Assembly (NCBI GenBank): GCA_003009755.1
Contig: PXUB01000031.1
Span: 1 to 28,904, forward strand
Length of the DNA stretch: 28,904 nt
DNA from: Thermoplasmatales archaeon SW_10_69_26
GTDB lineage: Archaea > Thermoplasmatota > SW-10-69-26
Reading direction: 5' to 3'
Of this stretch, positions 1-9,082 are shown piece by piece (within the stretch, counting starts at the first letter, position 1; every line of letters starts with the position of its first letter). A program made the translations under genes and the position numbers. Under the pieces are notes generated by a model, which did not search any database, was not told the DNA's origin, and worked only from the letters and a program-made list of their open reading frames with translations.

Positions 1-98
1 GGCGCTGGACTACCAGACTCCAAGCGAAGTGTACCTGGCAGGGTTGATCACAGAGGAGGGCGTGTACAGGCTCGTCAACGAGGTCCCTGGATAGTACA
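1..98 (+). mobile_element. Right end of an IS481/IS3-like insertion sequence: transposase C-terminus (2..94) plus terminal sequence ending in ACA
   Basis: Frame 2 reads ALDYQTPSEVYLAGLITEEGVYRLVNEVPG*. ALxYxTPxEVY is the usual tail of the IS3/IS481 integrase core. The DNA ends GTCAACGAGGTCCCTGGATAGTACA, resembling IS481-type TGT...ACA termini. Confidence 0.7.
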
Positions 99-166
99 CG
101 ACCGTCGACGCGGGCCCGGGAAACATTTATTTCTCGTCAAACGAACCGAGACCCGTAGCTGAATCC

Positions 167-1441
167 ATGACCCCGGGCTTGCAACCCGACGAGCTCGCGG
201 GGCGTCCTCGGATCATCGTCGTCGCCCTCGCCCTCGTGCTCGTCTCGGCCGCGACGCCAGCCGCGATCGGCTCGGACGTCGGGCCCTCGCACGTCCACGA
301 GGCGCCGCTGGTGGACGTCGAGGGCGGACCGGGAGAGGAGTTCGGCTCCGCCGTCGCCGTCGAGGGGGACACCGTCGTCGTCGGCAGCGGAACGCCGAGC
401 ACGGGACCGCCCGGCGAGGCCCAGGTCTTCACTCGCGATCAGCCGGGCGTGTGGACCGAGACGACCGAGCTGGTTCCCCGCTCCGGCAACCGGAGCTCGG
501 CCTACGGGATGGACATCGCCCTCTCCGGCGACACGGCGATCGTGGGCGACCCCGGCGCCGAGCCCGGGGGCCTGCGGCACGCGGGCGCCGTCCACGTCTT
601 CGAACGCGGCCCCGACGGAAGCTGGGACCACCAGGCTCGCCTGACCGCCGCGGACGGTCGCGCCGGTGACGCGCTCGGGTGGAGCCTCGCGCTCGAGGGA
701 AGACGAGCCCTGGCGGGAGCGATCGGCGACACGAACGCCAACGGGCACTCCGCAGGGAGCGTCTACGGCTTCTCGGCCAACGAGACCGGCGCCTGGAGCC
801 AGGACGCCAAGATCCTGGCCTCCTCGGGGAGCCCCGAGGACAACTTCGGCGCGACCGTGGCCTTAGACGGATCCGTCGGCCTCGCGAGCAACTCCATGAC
901 GCACGGGCTCGGCGCCGGCCGGGTCAGCGTGCTCGAGGCCCGGACCGACGGCAACTGGACCGAGGTGGACCAGCTGCTCGACGGCGGCGGGGACAGGCTC
1001 GTCTCCGCGGACGTGCTCGCGATCGACGACCGGACGGTCCTCGTCGCCTCGCCGGGAGCCGAGGGCTTCCACGTCTTCACCGAGACCGCGCCCGGGGACT
1101 GGAGCGAGTCGAGGTTCGTGACCTCCGAGGCCGGGTTCCTGCTCTTCGGCTGGTCGATCGCGCTCGAGAACGGCACGGCCGTCGTGGGCACGAACCCGGG
1201 CGGCCGCATCGGCACGGCGAGCAACGCGCCCGGGAGCGCGTTCGTCTACGAGCGCAACGCGACGGGCGGGTGGGACAGCGTCGAGCGACTGCGTTCGCTG
1301 ACCCCGCTACCGCAGGAGAGGTTCGGTTGGTCGGTCGGCATCGATCGGGGAACGATCGTCGTCGGCGAGCCACACGACGCGAACGCGAACGGCCAGCGGG
1401 CCGGCGGCGCCTGGGTCTTGCGTCCCGTGGCGTCGCCGTGA
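167..1441 (+). CDS. Secreted FG-GAP repeat (integrin-alpha-like beta-propeller) protein
   Basis: N-terminal signal peptide and about 7 repeats of the type FGSAVAVEGDTVVVG / FGWSIALENGTAVVG / GAVHVFER. Confidence 0.85.
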   Translation: MTPGLQPDELAGRPRIIVVALALVLVSAATPAAIGSDVGPSHVHEAPLVDVEGGPGEEFGSAVAVEGDTVVVGSGTPSTGPPGEAQVFTRDQPGVWTETTELVPRSGNRSSAYGMDIALSGDTAIVGDPGAEPGGLRHAGAVHVFERGPDGSWDHQARLTAADGRAGDALGWSLALEGRRALAGAIGDTNANGHSAGSVYGFSANETGAWSQDAKILASSGSPEDNFGATVALDGSVGLASNSMTHGLGAGRVSVLEARTDGNWTEVDQLLDGGGDRLVSADVLAIDDRTVLVASPGAEGFHVFTETAPGDWSESRFVTSEAGFLLFGWSIALENGTAVVGTNPGGRIGTASNAPGSAFVYERNATGGWDSVERLRSLTPLPQERFGWSVGIDRGTIVVGEPHDANANGQRAGGAWVLRPVASP

Positions 1442-1488
1442 CGACGTCGGCGCCCGACGGGGCCGGGCCTGGCGCAGGCACCGCGGGG

Positions 1489-2613
1489 CTACTCGAAGAT
1501 CCGCTCGATCATCCAGTCGGGGTCGAACGGGATCAGGTCGTCGTAGCCTTCGCCGACGCCGAGGTAGGCGACGGGTTTGCCGACGGCGTGGGCGATCGAC
1601 AAGGCGGCGCCGCCCTTGGCGTCGGTGTCGACCTTGGTCAGGACGCTGGCGTCGACGCCGACGGCCTTGTCGAACTCCTTGGCCTGCTCGATGGCGTCGT
1701 TGCCGGCCAGCGAGTCGCCGACGAAGATCGTGAGATCGGGGTCGGCGACGCGGTCGATCTTGGCCAGCTCGTCCATGAGGTTGCTGTCGGTCTGCATGCG
1801 GCCGGCCGTGTCGACGAGCACGAGGTCCTTCTTCCGGGACTCGGCGTGGTCGATGGCGTCGAAGGCCACGGCCGCGGCGTCGGAGCCGGGCTCGTGGTTG
1901 ACGACGCGGACGCCCAGCTTGTCCCCGTGCTGCTTGAGCTGCTCGATGGCGCCGGCGCGGTAGGTGTCACCGGCGGCGAGGACGCTGGAGAAGCCCAGCT
2001 CCTTCATGCGGTGAGCCACGCGGGCGATCGTCGTCGTCTTGCCGGTCCCGTTGACGCCGACGAACATGACCGTGAGCGGTCTCTCGTCCTCGGTGAGCAG
2101 CCACTCGTCGAACTTGAAGCTTCGACCCTCGAGCAGGGAGCGGATCGCGGACGTCAGCTCGCTCTCGACGGCTTGGGGGACCTCGCTTTTCGCGTCGACC
2201 CGGATGCGAGGCAGCCGCCTCTCCATCTCGTCGCGCAGCTCGCGGGCGACCTCCTGGGCGACGTCGGCTTCCAGGAGGACGAGCTCGAGGTCCCACAGCA
2301 GGTCCTCGACCCGTTCGGGATCGATCTGGTAACCGCCTTGTTCGACCTCAGGTTCCGGCTCGGGCTCCGGCTCGGGCTGTGGTTCGGGTTCCGCGGCCGG
2401 TTCGGTGTCGAGCTCGGGGGACGAGGTCTCCGCCTCGGCGGCGGGCTCGTCCTCTTCCCCCTCTTCGAGCTCGGCGAGCTCGGCCTCGAGTTCGGCCTCG
2501 AGCTCGTCCTCGCTCTTCTGGAGGTCCTCGGTGGAGACGCTGGCGTCCTCGGCCTCCTCGCCGACGTCCGTGATGCGCTCCGTGAGGTCGTCGAAGGCGC
2601 CCACGGCCCTCAC
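1489..2613 (-). CDS. ftsY: Signal recognition particle receptor FtsY
   Basis: GVNGTGKTTT, DTYRAGAIEQL, DTAGR and TKVDTDAKGG motifs; acidic N-terminal region; follows pfdA. The exact start codon is uncertain. Confidence 0.97.
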   Translation of the reverse strand: MRAVGAFDDLTERITDVGEEAEDASVSTEDLQKSEDELEAELEAELAELEEGEEDEPAAEAETSSPELDTEPAAEPEPQPEPEPEPEPEVEQGGYQIDPERVEDLLWDLELVLLEADVAQEVARELRDEMERRLPRIRVDAKSEVPQAVESELTSAIRSLLEGRSFKFDEWLLTEDERPLTVMFVGVNGTGKTTTIARVAHRMKELGFSSVLAAGDTYRAGAIEQLKQHGDKLGVRVVNHEPGSDAAAVAFDAIDHAESRKKDLVLVDTAGRMQTDSNLMDELAKIDRVADPDLTIFVGDSLAGNDAIEQAKEFDKAVGVDASVLTKVDTDAKGGAALSIAHAVGKPVAYLGVGEGYDDLIPFDPDWMIERIFE

Positions 2614-3071
2614 CCAGCGCCTTGGGGACCGCCGGGTGGGCCGCCGCCCTGACCCCGGCCTTGGGCCTGGGCTTGCTGTTGCTGCATCTGGGAGACGACC
2701 TGCTCGAGCTCCTGCTGGAGCTCTTCGAGTTCGGCATCGACCTCTTCGAGGGCGTCCTCGGCCTCGTCCTCGCGGCCGTCGAGGCGCTCGATCGCCGTCT
2801 CGGGCGGCTCCTCGGCGAGCACGCCGTTGCCGAGCGGGGCGAGCACGGCCTCGGGGTCCTCGATGCGGGCGTGCACGTAGGCACCGCTGCCGAGGGGGAG
2901 GAGGACCGTCTCGTCCGGCTCGGCGTTGCCGATCGTCTCGATCGCGTCCTTCGTCTCGTGCAGCTGCGTGAGCAGCTGGTTGATCTGTTCCTTCTGCTCC
3001 TCGAGCTCCTGGACCTGTTCCTGGAGCTGCTGAGCGACCTGCATCTGTTGTTGACGTTGAGGTTGAGCCAT
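2610..3071 (-). CDS. pfdA: Prefoldin subunit alpha
   Basis: Coiled coils flank LLPLGSGAYVHARIEDPEAVLAPLGNGV; conserved rpl18a-pfdA-ftsY order; ATG at 3071. Confidence 0.93.
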   Translation of the reverse strand: MAQPQRQQQMQVAQQLQEQVQELEEQKEQINQLLTQLHETKDAIETIGNAEPDETVLLPLGSGAYVHARIEDPEAVLAPLGNGVLAEEPPETAIERLDGREDEAEDALEEVDAELEELQQELEQVVSQMQQQQAQAQGRGQGGGPPGGPQGAG

Positions 3072-3073
3072 GA

Positions 3074-3307
3074 TCAAGCCTCCTGTTTGTCCAGCTTGTA
3101 GCGGACGGTCGGGTCTTCGACCTCGTCGGGGTCGGGCTGGGAAACCTGGTCGATGTCGACCTGGGTCCGTCGCACGCGGTGCTTCGAGCCGAGCACGGAG
3201 AAGGTCCACTCGCGGGCCTCCTCCGTGGTGTCGGCTAGCGTCTCCAGCGTGAACGGGTGCATCTCCCCGCCCATCTGGAATTCCCCGGAGACGCGGTAAG
3301 GCTGCAT
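3074..3307 (-). CDS. rpl18a: 50S ribosomal protein L18Ae (LX)
   Basis: YRVSGEF...AREWTFSVLGSKHRVRRTQVDI signature and synteny with pfdA. Confidence 0.93.
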   Translation of the reverse strand: MQPYRVSGEFQMGGEMHPFTLETLADTTEEAREWTFSVLGSKHRVRRTQVDIDQVSQPDPDEVEDPTVRYKLDKQEA

Positions 3308-3469
3308 TGGGGTTCGCCGGCCATAGCGGCCTCCCCTATAAAGAGGCTGGCCGCGGAGCCACGCGTCGACGAGGCGTGGGGCGTCCGCCCGCGGGACCCC
3401 TGTACGGCGAGACGAGATGGCAGCTCCAGCCCGTAACCCCTATCAACGAGCGGTGTTGTCGCGGCGGCG

Positions 3470-4657
3470 ATGCGTACCCGTCGGTTGCTCCTCACGTTCG
3501 TGCTCGCCCTCCTGTTGGCGAGCCCCGTCGCGCTCGCCCAGGATGGCCTGTCGGTCTCGAGCGAGGCTCGCTCCGGGGATCAGGCCCTCGAGGACGCGTC
3601 CCCGCTCGAGCCCGGCGATCCGGTAACGATCCACGCGAACGTGACCACGCCCGAGGACGATCGCGAGTGGCGGGCCACGCTCAACGCCAGCCTCGACGGC
3701 GAGACGAACGACTCAACCCAGCAGACCTGGACGGGCGCCCAGGCGACCGAGCTGACCACCAACTTCGAAGCCCCGGACAACGAGGACGACCCGCACTTCG
3801 TCGAGTGGACGCTCGTCGTCGAATCGCGAGCCTCCGGCGAGGAGACGTGGACCGAGGAGGACCGAACCGAACGCAAGGTCGGGTTCCAGGTCCGCCAGCC
3901 GGCACCGCCGCCGAACGCGGAGAACGTCACGGTCACCGTCGAGACCGCCGGCGGGGACGCGATCCACGAGCTGGGCAACCTCTCACCCAACGAGGAGGTC
4001 ATCCTCGAGGCCGACGTCGAGCTCCCCGAGCGCGAGAACAACGAGTGGAACGTGACGGCCAGCGTCTTCGTCGACGACAGCCGGGTGGCCACCGGGCAAC
4101 AGCAGGCCAGCTCCAGCGACACGCTGTCCTTCCCGCTGCAGTTCAACGCGCCCGGCGAGGAGGGCGCCCACGACGTCCGCTGGCAGGTCGTCGTCGAGTA
4201 CCGCGACACCGGCGACGAGGAGTGGACGAGCCTGACCACGCGCGAGGACACGGCCACGGTCTCTGTCGAGCGGCTGGCGCCCGAGCCCGGTCCCGACATC
4301 CCCTGGCTGTGGATCTTGATCGCGGGCGCGGTGGTCGTCGGCGGCGGAGCCGGCGCCTACTACCTGTTCCGCCCACCCAAGCAGATCAAGGGCGAGCCGC
4401 GCAGCCAGGCCATGCAGGACCTCGAAGGCGAGGAGCAAACCGTCGAGACCCAGGAGCCCGAGGTTCACCCGCAGGTCAAGATCCTCGAGGCGCGCGCCGA
4501 GGATCTGCGCCGGATGATCGAGCTCGCTCGGGAACGCTACGAGGAGGGCGAGATCACCGAGCACCAGTTCGAGCAGATCAAGGAGCGCAAGGAGGCCGAC
4601 CTGGAGGAGGTCGAGGCCGAGATCGAGGAGTACCGGCAGGAAGGCGGCCAGCAGTAG
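3470..4657 (+). CDS. Membrane-anchored surface protein: two tandem Ig-like domains, one TM helix, SHOCT-like cytoplasmic tail
   Basis: Signal peptide; internal duplication of about 125 aa; TM WLWILIAGAVVVGGGAGAYYLF; tail RYEEGEITEHQFEQIKER. Confidence 0.8.
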   Translation: MRTRRLLLTFVLALLLASPVALAQDGLSVSSEARSGDQALEDASPLEPGDPVTIHANVTTPEDDREWRATLNASLDGETNDSTQQTWTGAQATELTTNFEAPDNEDDPHFVEWTLVVESRASGEETWTEEDRTERKVGFQVRQPAPPPNAENVTVTVETAGGDAIHELGNLSPNEEVILEADVELPERENNEWNVTASVFVDDSRVATGQQQASSSDTLSFPLQFNAPGEEGAHDVRWQVVVEYRDTGDEEWTSLTTREDTATVSVERLAPEPGPDIPWLWILIAGAVVVGGGAGAYYLFRPPKQIKGEPRSQAMQDLEGEEQTVETQEPEVHPQVKILEARAEDLRRMIELARERYEEGEITEHQFEQIKERKEADLEEVEAEIEEYRQEGGQQ

Positions 4658-4848
4658 AGCGATCGAGGGGGAGCGCTCCAGGAGAGCGCGGAGCCTTCAC
4701 GCAGAGGCTCGAAGCCTCAAGTGACGGCCAGCGACGGGGGTCCGGCTGGGGGTTGGACCAGCTGGACCCCACCTGGTCTCCTCGACTCTGGGCGAGGGCT
4801 CTGCGACCCCTGTCTCCTCGATGCCCGCCGCCATCGGAATCCACGGCC

Positions 4849-4856
4849 CTTAAGTA
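4849..4856 (+). promoter_or_regulatory. Putative TATA box of sepF
   Basis: CTTAAGTA, an AT island in GC-rich DNA about 35-40 bp upstream of the ATG at 4890. Confidence 0.5.
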
Positions 4857-4889
4857 CGACCAACGCTCCTTCGCGGGCGAGGGATTAGG

Positions 4890-5255
4890 ATGGGATTGTT
4901 CTTCGACAGGGACGCCAACGGTTCCGACGCTTCGCTGGCCGACCAGGAGTTCATCGACCTCCGCGACCACGACGCGCCCACCGGCGGCAGTGCCGACGTG
5001 AACGTGCGCGTCGCCGAGATGCGTCAGGTCGAGGACCTCAAGGCGATCAGCGGTCTCGTCTACGAGGGTGACATGCTCATGGTCGACTTCTCGCCGCTCG
5101 AGGACGACGAGGTCGCGATGCAGCGCATCACGAAGGAGTTCAAGCGCATCGCCGACGACGTCGGTGGCGACGTGGCTGGCTTCGGCGAGCACACGCTGAT
5201 CGTGGCTCCCGAGGGCGTCGACATCGACCGCCGCAAGGTCCGCGTCCAGAACTAG
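4890..5255 (+). CDS. sepF: Archaeal cell division protein SepF
   Basis: Amphipathic N-terminus, EFIDL motif, and core VRVAEM...VYEGDMLMVDFS...VGGDVAG...LIVAPEGVDIDRRKV. Confidence 0.9.
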   Translation: MGLFFDRDANGSDASLADQEFIDLRDHDAPTGGSADVNVRVAEMRQVEDLKAISGLVYEGDMLMVDFSPLEDDEVAMQRITKEFKRIADDVGGDVAGFGEHTLIVAPEGVDIDRRKVRVQN

Positions 5256-5629
5256 TCCGCGATCGCGGGCAGGGCAGCCAAGACGGCCGCAGCGGCTGCC
5301 ACGACGAGCAAGCTGATCGAGGCCTCCCACCGGATCGGCTGTGGCCCGTTGAGCGCCAGCGCTGCTCCGGTCAACGTCGCGCCCAACGCCACGCTGCCCG
5401 GGATCCAGATCTTGAAGAACCGCGGGGCCAGCGTCAGCTTGGCCCGCCACGTCGTGGCCCACATGTGGCCCCAATCCACGGCGTCGCTCTCCTCGGCTGC
5501 ACGCTCCAGCACCGCCTGGACATCGTCGGGGTCCGCATCCAGGCGACGAGCTAGGCGGTCGACGGTCTGCGGGGTCTCGTCCAGGGCTCGCAGGACGCCC
5601 TCGCGATCGAGCGCGGTCAGCCGGACCAC
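5252..5629 (-). CDS. Small protein with N-terminal HTH-like region and two C-terminal TM helices
   Basis: VLRALDETPQTVDRLARRLDADPDDVQAVLE followed by two hydrophobic segments; GTG start overlaps the polB stop. Confidence 0.65.
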   Translation of the reverse strand: MVRLTALDREGVLRALDETPQTVDRLARRLDADPDDVQAVLERAAEESDAVDWGHMWATTWRAKLTLAPRFFKIWIPGSVALGATLTGAALALNGPQPIRWEASISLLVVAAAAAVLAALPAIAD

Positions 5630-8013
5630 TCCCTGAGCGAGGCCTGCGAGGGCCGGCCCGCCAGCTCGTCCTCGTCCTCGCCGAAGTAGGAGAGGACGCG
5701 GTGAGCCGCCGGGACGACCTGCTTGTCGATGTAGTAGTCGGCGTCGAGCTCCTCGTCCTCGGCCAGGAAGTCGATCAGGCGGGCGCGCTCGCTGACGAGG
5801 TCCCCGTCGTCGACGATGACGTACCCGATCTTGGACCCGATCGGGGCCTCGAAGCCCTCCTCCTGCTCGCGGGCCCGCTGCACGGCCATGGCGTGGGGCT
5901 GTTTGGAGCTGTAGTCCTCGGGGTCCATCGTGAGCGTCTTGTGGATGAGCAGGTCCTCGAGGGGGACCTCGCCGTCGCGCAGGGCCTGAACGGCGTCCTT
6001 GGCGAAGCGGGTGGCCTCGTCGGGGTTCTGGTCGGACAACAGCGTGTCGATCACGGTCTGTTGGACGTCCTTGGCGTACTCGCACCAGTCGCCGCGGCGG
6101 ACCTCGAGCCCGCGCACGACCGTGTCGCCCTCGAGCGTGCGGCCGGCGTAGCGTTTCTTGGCGCCGGTGAAGAACAGCGTGTCGAAGCGGGCTTCGACCT
6201 CGAGCTCGATCGGCAGCTCCTCGTTGACGGCGTCGATGAAGGCCTCGACGGCCTCGTCCTCGCCGACCATGACGCTGTCGGTGTCGCCGTACAGCACCTC
6301 GAGCCCCATCTCGTCGGCCATGTCGACGGCGCGTTGGATGAAGTGCCGGCCCCAGGCGGTCGTGGCTTCGGCGCAAGGCACCGACTGCCAGCGGGCGCCC
6401 GACCAGCCCATGTAGCCGTAGAAGGCGTTCGTGAGGACCTTGATCGCCTGCTCCTCGACCGCGAGGTTCTTGCGCTGCTGCGTGCCGGGGCTCAGGTCGG
6501 CCATCTCCTCCTTGAGGTCCCCGCGCTGGTCGATGAGCTGCTGGAGCAACCGCTTGAAGAAGCCGTCGGGTTCGGCGCGGAACCGGTGGTCGACCTCGGG
6601 GGCCTCGTAGGCGTCCACGTCCACGTCGACGCCAGGCGGGACGTAGGTGTCCGGGGAGACGTTGTGCGCGACCATGATCGAGGGGTACATCGACGAGAAG
6701 TCGAGGTAGACGACGTCCTCGTGGATGCCGGCCGGGGGCTCGAGCACGACGCCGCCCTCGTAGTCGGCGCTGCCCTGGTGGGCGCGCTTGTCGGGCGCCA
6801 GGACGTTGCGTCGGTGGGCCTCGGCCAGCAGGTACCAGTCGGCCTGCCGGCCCCGCCCCATGCGCGAGCCGTCGGAGAGGTCCTGGTAGGTCCGCTGGCA
6901 GAGGCCCCGTTGCAGCGGGAGCAGGTTCTCGGCGATGCCGAGCGCCATGAGGGCGTCGTCCTCTGCGTAGGCGAGCAGCTCCTCGCGCCGGTCGGCATCG
7001 TCCCAGATCTCGGCCATGTTGGCCGAGTCGAGACCGTCGTGGTCGCCCTCGTCGACGCCCAGGTGCTCGGCCACGCGCTCGAGGGTCTGCACCTTGACGT
7101 CCGGCAGGTCGCGTTGGGCCATCTGGTAGCCGTCGACGTTGCCGCGCCCGGTGACCGTGACCGCCTTGTCGCGCCCGGCCTGCCGGATCTCGGGGGTGGA
7201 TCCATCGCGACCGACCTGGACCTCGATGCCGTGCTCCTCGGCGCGGTCGACGAGGTAGGGCCAGTCGAAGTTGTCGCCGTTGTAGGTCACGAGCACGTCG
7301 GGGTCGCGCTCGCGGATCGTGCGCGCCAGGTCCTGGACGAGCTCGCGGTCGGAGGCCTCGTCGGGCTTGGTGAGCACCTCGGTGTAGCCGTCGTCGCCAG
7401 CGATCGAGGCGACGACGATCGGGTCCGAGCTGGCGTCGGGCGTGACGTGCGGGTTGTAAACCTCGAGGTCGAAGGCCAGAAGGTCCAGGTCGACCGCGGC
7501 CTCGAGGTCTTGCTCGATCGCGTCCACCTCCATCGCGCCGGGGACCTCGTCGCTCTCGGTCGCCTCGATCCGGGTCCAGGCGAGCGGGCGCACGTCTCGG
7601 TCGACCATGAACCGGTTGACGAAGAGGACGTCGTCCTCGCGTGTGGACGCGACGGCATCCATCGATCGGAACTTGCGCCGCAAGGCGGGCACGTTGCCCG
7701 GATGGTGCGCGACGACGCGCACGGCCTCGAGCTCCGCGAGGTCCTCGCTGCGCGTGACGACCTCGCAGCGCTCGGGTGCGATCTCACCGGCCGTGGTGCG
7801 CTGCAGCGTGTGCGCGAGCTTGTCCGCCTCGGCGCTCTCGGCAGGGACGGCGTAGAAGTACGGCTCGAAGTCGGACACGAGCGCGGTGTGCGTGTCCTGC
7901 TCGCCCGCGAGCCACAAGCGCGGCCAGGCGCGGCCGTTCACCGTGACGTAGTCGACGGTGAGCAGCGTGCCCTCGATCGTGTGCGTGGCTTCCGAGCCCG
8001 CCTGCTCCGGCAT
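5617..8013 (-). CDS. polB: Family B DNA polymerase (archaeal PolB3-like) with 3'-5' exonuclease
   Basis: Exo I FDLEV, Exo II YNGDNFDWPYL, Exo III YAEDDA; motif A DFSSMYPSI, motif B KVLTNAFYGY, motif C YGDTDS; KKRYA; C-terminal PIP-like QASLREW. Confidence 0.97.
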   Translation of the reverse strand: MPEQAGSEATHTIEGTLLTVDYVTVNGRAWPRLWLAGEQDTHTALVSDFEPYFYAVPAESAEADKLAHTLQRTTAGEIAPERCEVVTRSEDLAELEAVRVVAHHPGNVPALRRKFRSMDAVASTREDDVLFVNRFMVDRDVRPLAWTRIEATESDEVPGAMEVDAIEQDLEAAVDLDLLAFDLEVYNPHVTPDASSDPIVVASIAGDDGYTEVLTKPDEASDRELVQDLARTIRERDPDVLVTYNGDNFDWPYLVDRAEEHGIEVQVGRDGSTPEIRQAGRDKAVTVTGRGNVDGYQMAQRDLPDVKVQTLERVAEHLGVDEGDHDGLDSANMAEIWDDADRREELLAYAEDDALMALGIAENLLPLQRGLCQRTYQDLSDGSRMGRGRQADWYLLAEAHRRNVLAPDKRAHQGSADYEGGVVLEPPAGIHEDVVYLDFSSMYPSIMVAHNVSPDTYVPPGVDVDVDAYEAPEVDHRFRAEPDGFFKRLLQQLIDQRGDLKEEMADLSPGTQQRKNLAVEEQAIKVLTNAFYGYMGWSGARWQSVPCAEATTAWGRHFIQRAVDMADEMGLEVLYGDTDSVMVGEDEAVEAFIDAVNEELPIELEVEARFDTLFFTGAKKRYAGRTLEGDTVVRGLEVRRGDWCEYAKDVQQTVIDTLLSDQNPDEATRFAKDAVQALRDGEVPLEDLLIHKTLTMDPEDYSSKQPHAMAVQRAREQEEGFEAPIGSKIGYVIVDDGDLVSERARLIDFLAEDEELDADYYIDKQVVPAAHRVLSYFGEDEDELAGRPSQASLREWSG

Positions 8014-8069
8014 CGAGCCCAGCTAGGGGCTTCCACGTATAGAGGTGGCGTCGGAGGTCGCGGCCGGCC

Positions 8070-8654
8070 TCACCCGGAGCTGTTCGTCGCGTTCCCGCCG
8101 GCGTCTGCGGACGTGTAGCGGACGACGTACTGCTCTTGGCCGATGATCGGCTGGTTGAAGCCGCGGTCGCTGGGCTCGCCGTTGGCGAGGATCTCGAAGG
8201 AACCCTCGCCGTTGGCGACGTACTCCTCGCCCTGGTCGGTCACGATCTTGTCCTGCGTGACGGTCCACCCGAGCGTCTCGAACAGGCAGCCCAACGTCGG
8301 CCGCGTCTCGTGCACGTGGACCATGGCGCCGTTGGCGTCCTGCCGACCGTTCTCGAAGTGGACGCGCGGGTCGGCGAGCTGGTACCGCTGGGCGGAGAAG
8401 TCGTAGGGTTCCTCGCTGTCGAGGTAGACCTCGAGGCGCGCGTGTTCGTGCTCTTGGGTACCGGTGAACACCTCGTCGCACGAGATGACCTCCCCCTGGG
8501 CGGAGGCTCCGTCGTCGAAGAAGCCGGCCTGGTTGGCGGCGACGATGCCACCGAAGACCAGCAAGACTCCGGCGAAGAGAGCGATCAGACCCAAGTTCCC
8601 GCTGACGAAGCTCTCGCCTCCGGAGGGCGAGGCCGGTCCTTTACCACCAGGCAA
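8070..8654 (-). CDS. Membrane-anchored extracellular His-rich hypothetical protein
   Basis: N-terminal TM; HEHA, VHFE and VHVHE motifs; GAGGTGA SD just upstream of a TTG start. Confidence 0.75.
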   Translation of the reverse strand: MPGGKGPASPSGGESFVSGNLGLIALFAGVLLVFGGIVAANQAGFFDDGASAQGEVISCDEVFTGTQEHEHARLEVYLDSEEPYDFSAQRYQLADPRVHFENGRQDANGAMVHVHETRPTLGCLFETLGWTVTQDKIVTDQGEEYVANGEGSFEILANGEPSDRGFNQPIIGQEQYVVRYTSADAGGNATNSSG

Positions 8655-8737
8655 CCACGTTCACCTCTACGGTAGGCTCGGTAGCGGACGGTCCTACATC
8701 AAGCTTCCCGTGTGGGTTGAGGTCCAGGCCGCCCACC

Positions 8738-9082
8738 TCACGCCAGCGCACCCTGGTGGCGGTAGGCCATGTAATAGGTGAGGGCGGCGAACCCGAGGAT
8801 GCCGGGCAGGGGCAACACGATGAACATCTCGCTGGCGCGGTAGATGTAGCCGCTGACGGCGACGATCGCGTACACCAGGAACACGGGCAAGGTGGCCAGG
8901 CCGGCGCGGACGTGGCGGCGGAACCCGTCCAGCCAGGCGGCCTCCTCCTCGAGCGCGACCTCGAAGCTGGCCTGCTCGCCCTCGTCGAGATCGTTCCCGT
9001 GCACCCGGCCGCGGTGCAGCGCGAGATCGCGAGCCTCCCGGAAGCCTTCCCCGCACCGCGAGCAGCGGACGGGTTCGGCCAT
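8738..9082 (-). CDS. C2H2 zinc-finger protein with two C-terminal TM helices
   Basis: CSRC-x12-HRGRVH, then an acidic helix and two hydrophobic helices; TGATG coupling to the upstream gene. Confidence 0.8.
   Translation of the reverse strand: MAEPVRCSRCGEGFREARDLALHRGRVHGNDLDEGEQASFEVALEEEAAWLDGFRRHVRAGLATLPVFLVYAIVAVSGYIYRASEMFIVLPLPGILGFAALTYYMAYRHQGALA

Noticed and set aside
2345-2405. Short tandem repeats (TCCGGCTCGGGC) as a possible array
   Set aside because: They encode the EPEPEP linker of FtsY; there are no spacers, so this is not CRISPR
2610-2700. Q/G/P-rich tail of prefoldin alpha
   Set aside because: Low-complexity tails are common in halophilic PfdA; not distinctive
4660-4850. 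SRP RNA, RNase P RNA or tRNA
   Set aside because: No SRP helix-8 motif, no GAGGAAAGUCC and no cloverleaf on either strand
5617-8013. Intein, inactivated PolB2, or mobile-element polymerase
   Set aside because: Normal length, all catalytic motifs intact, PIP-like box present, housekeeping context
5701-8118. 805-aa plus-strand ORF, and similar long ORFs such as 679-2652, 9223-10485, 19041-20312 and 24905-26344
   Set aside because: Antisense or off-frame shadows of real genes, expected in high-GC DNA; no recognisable motifs
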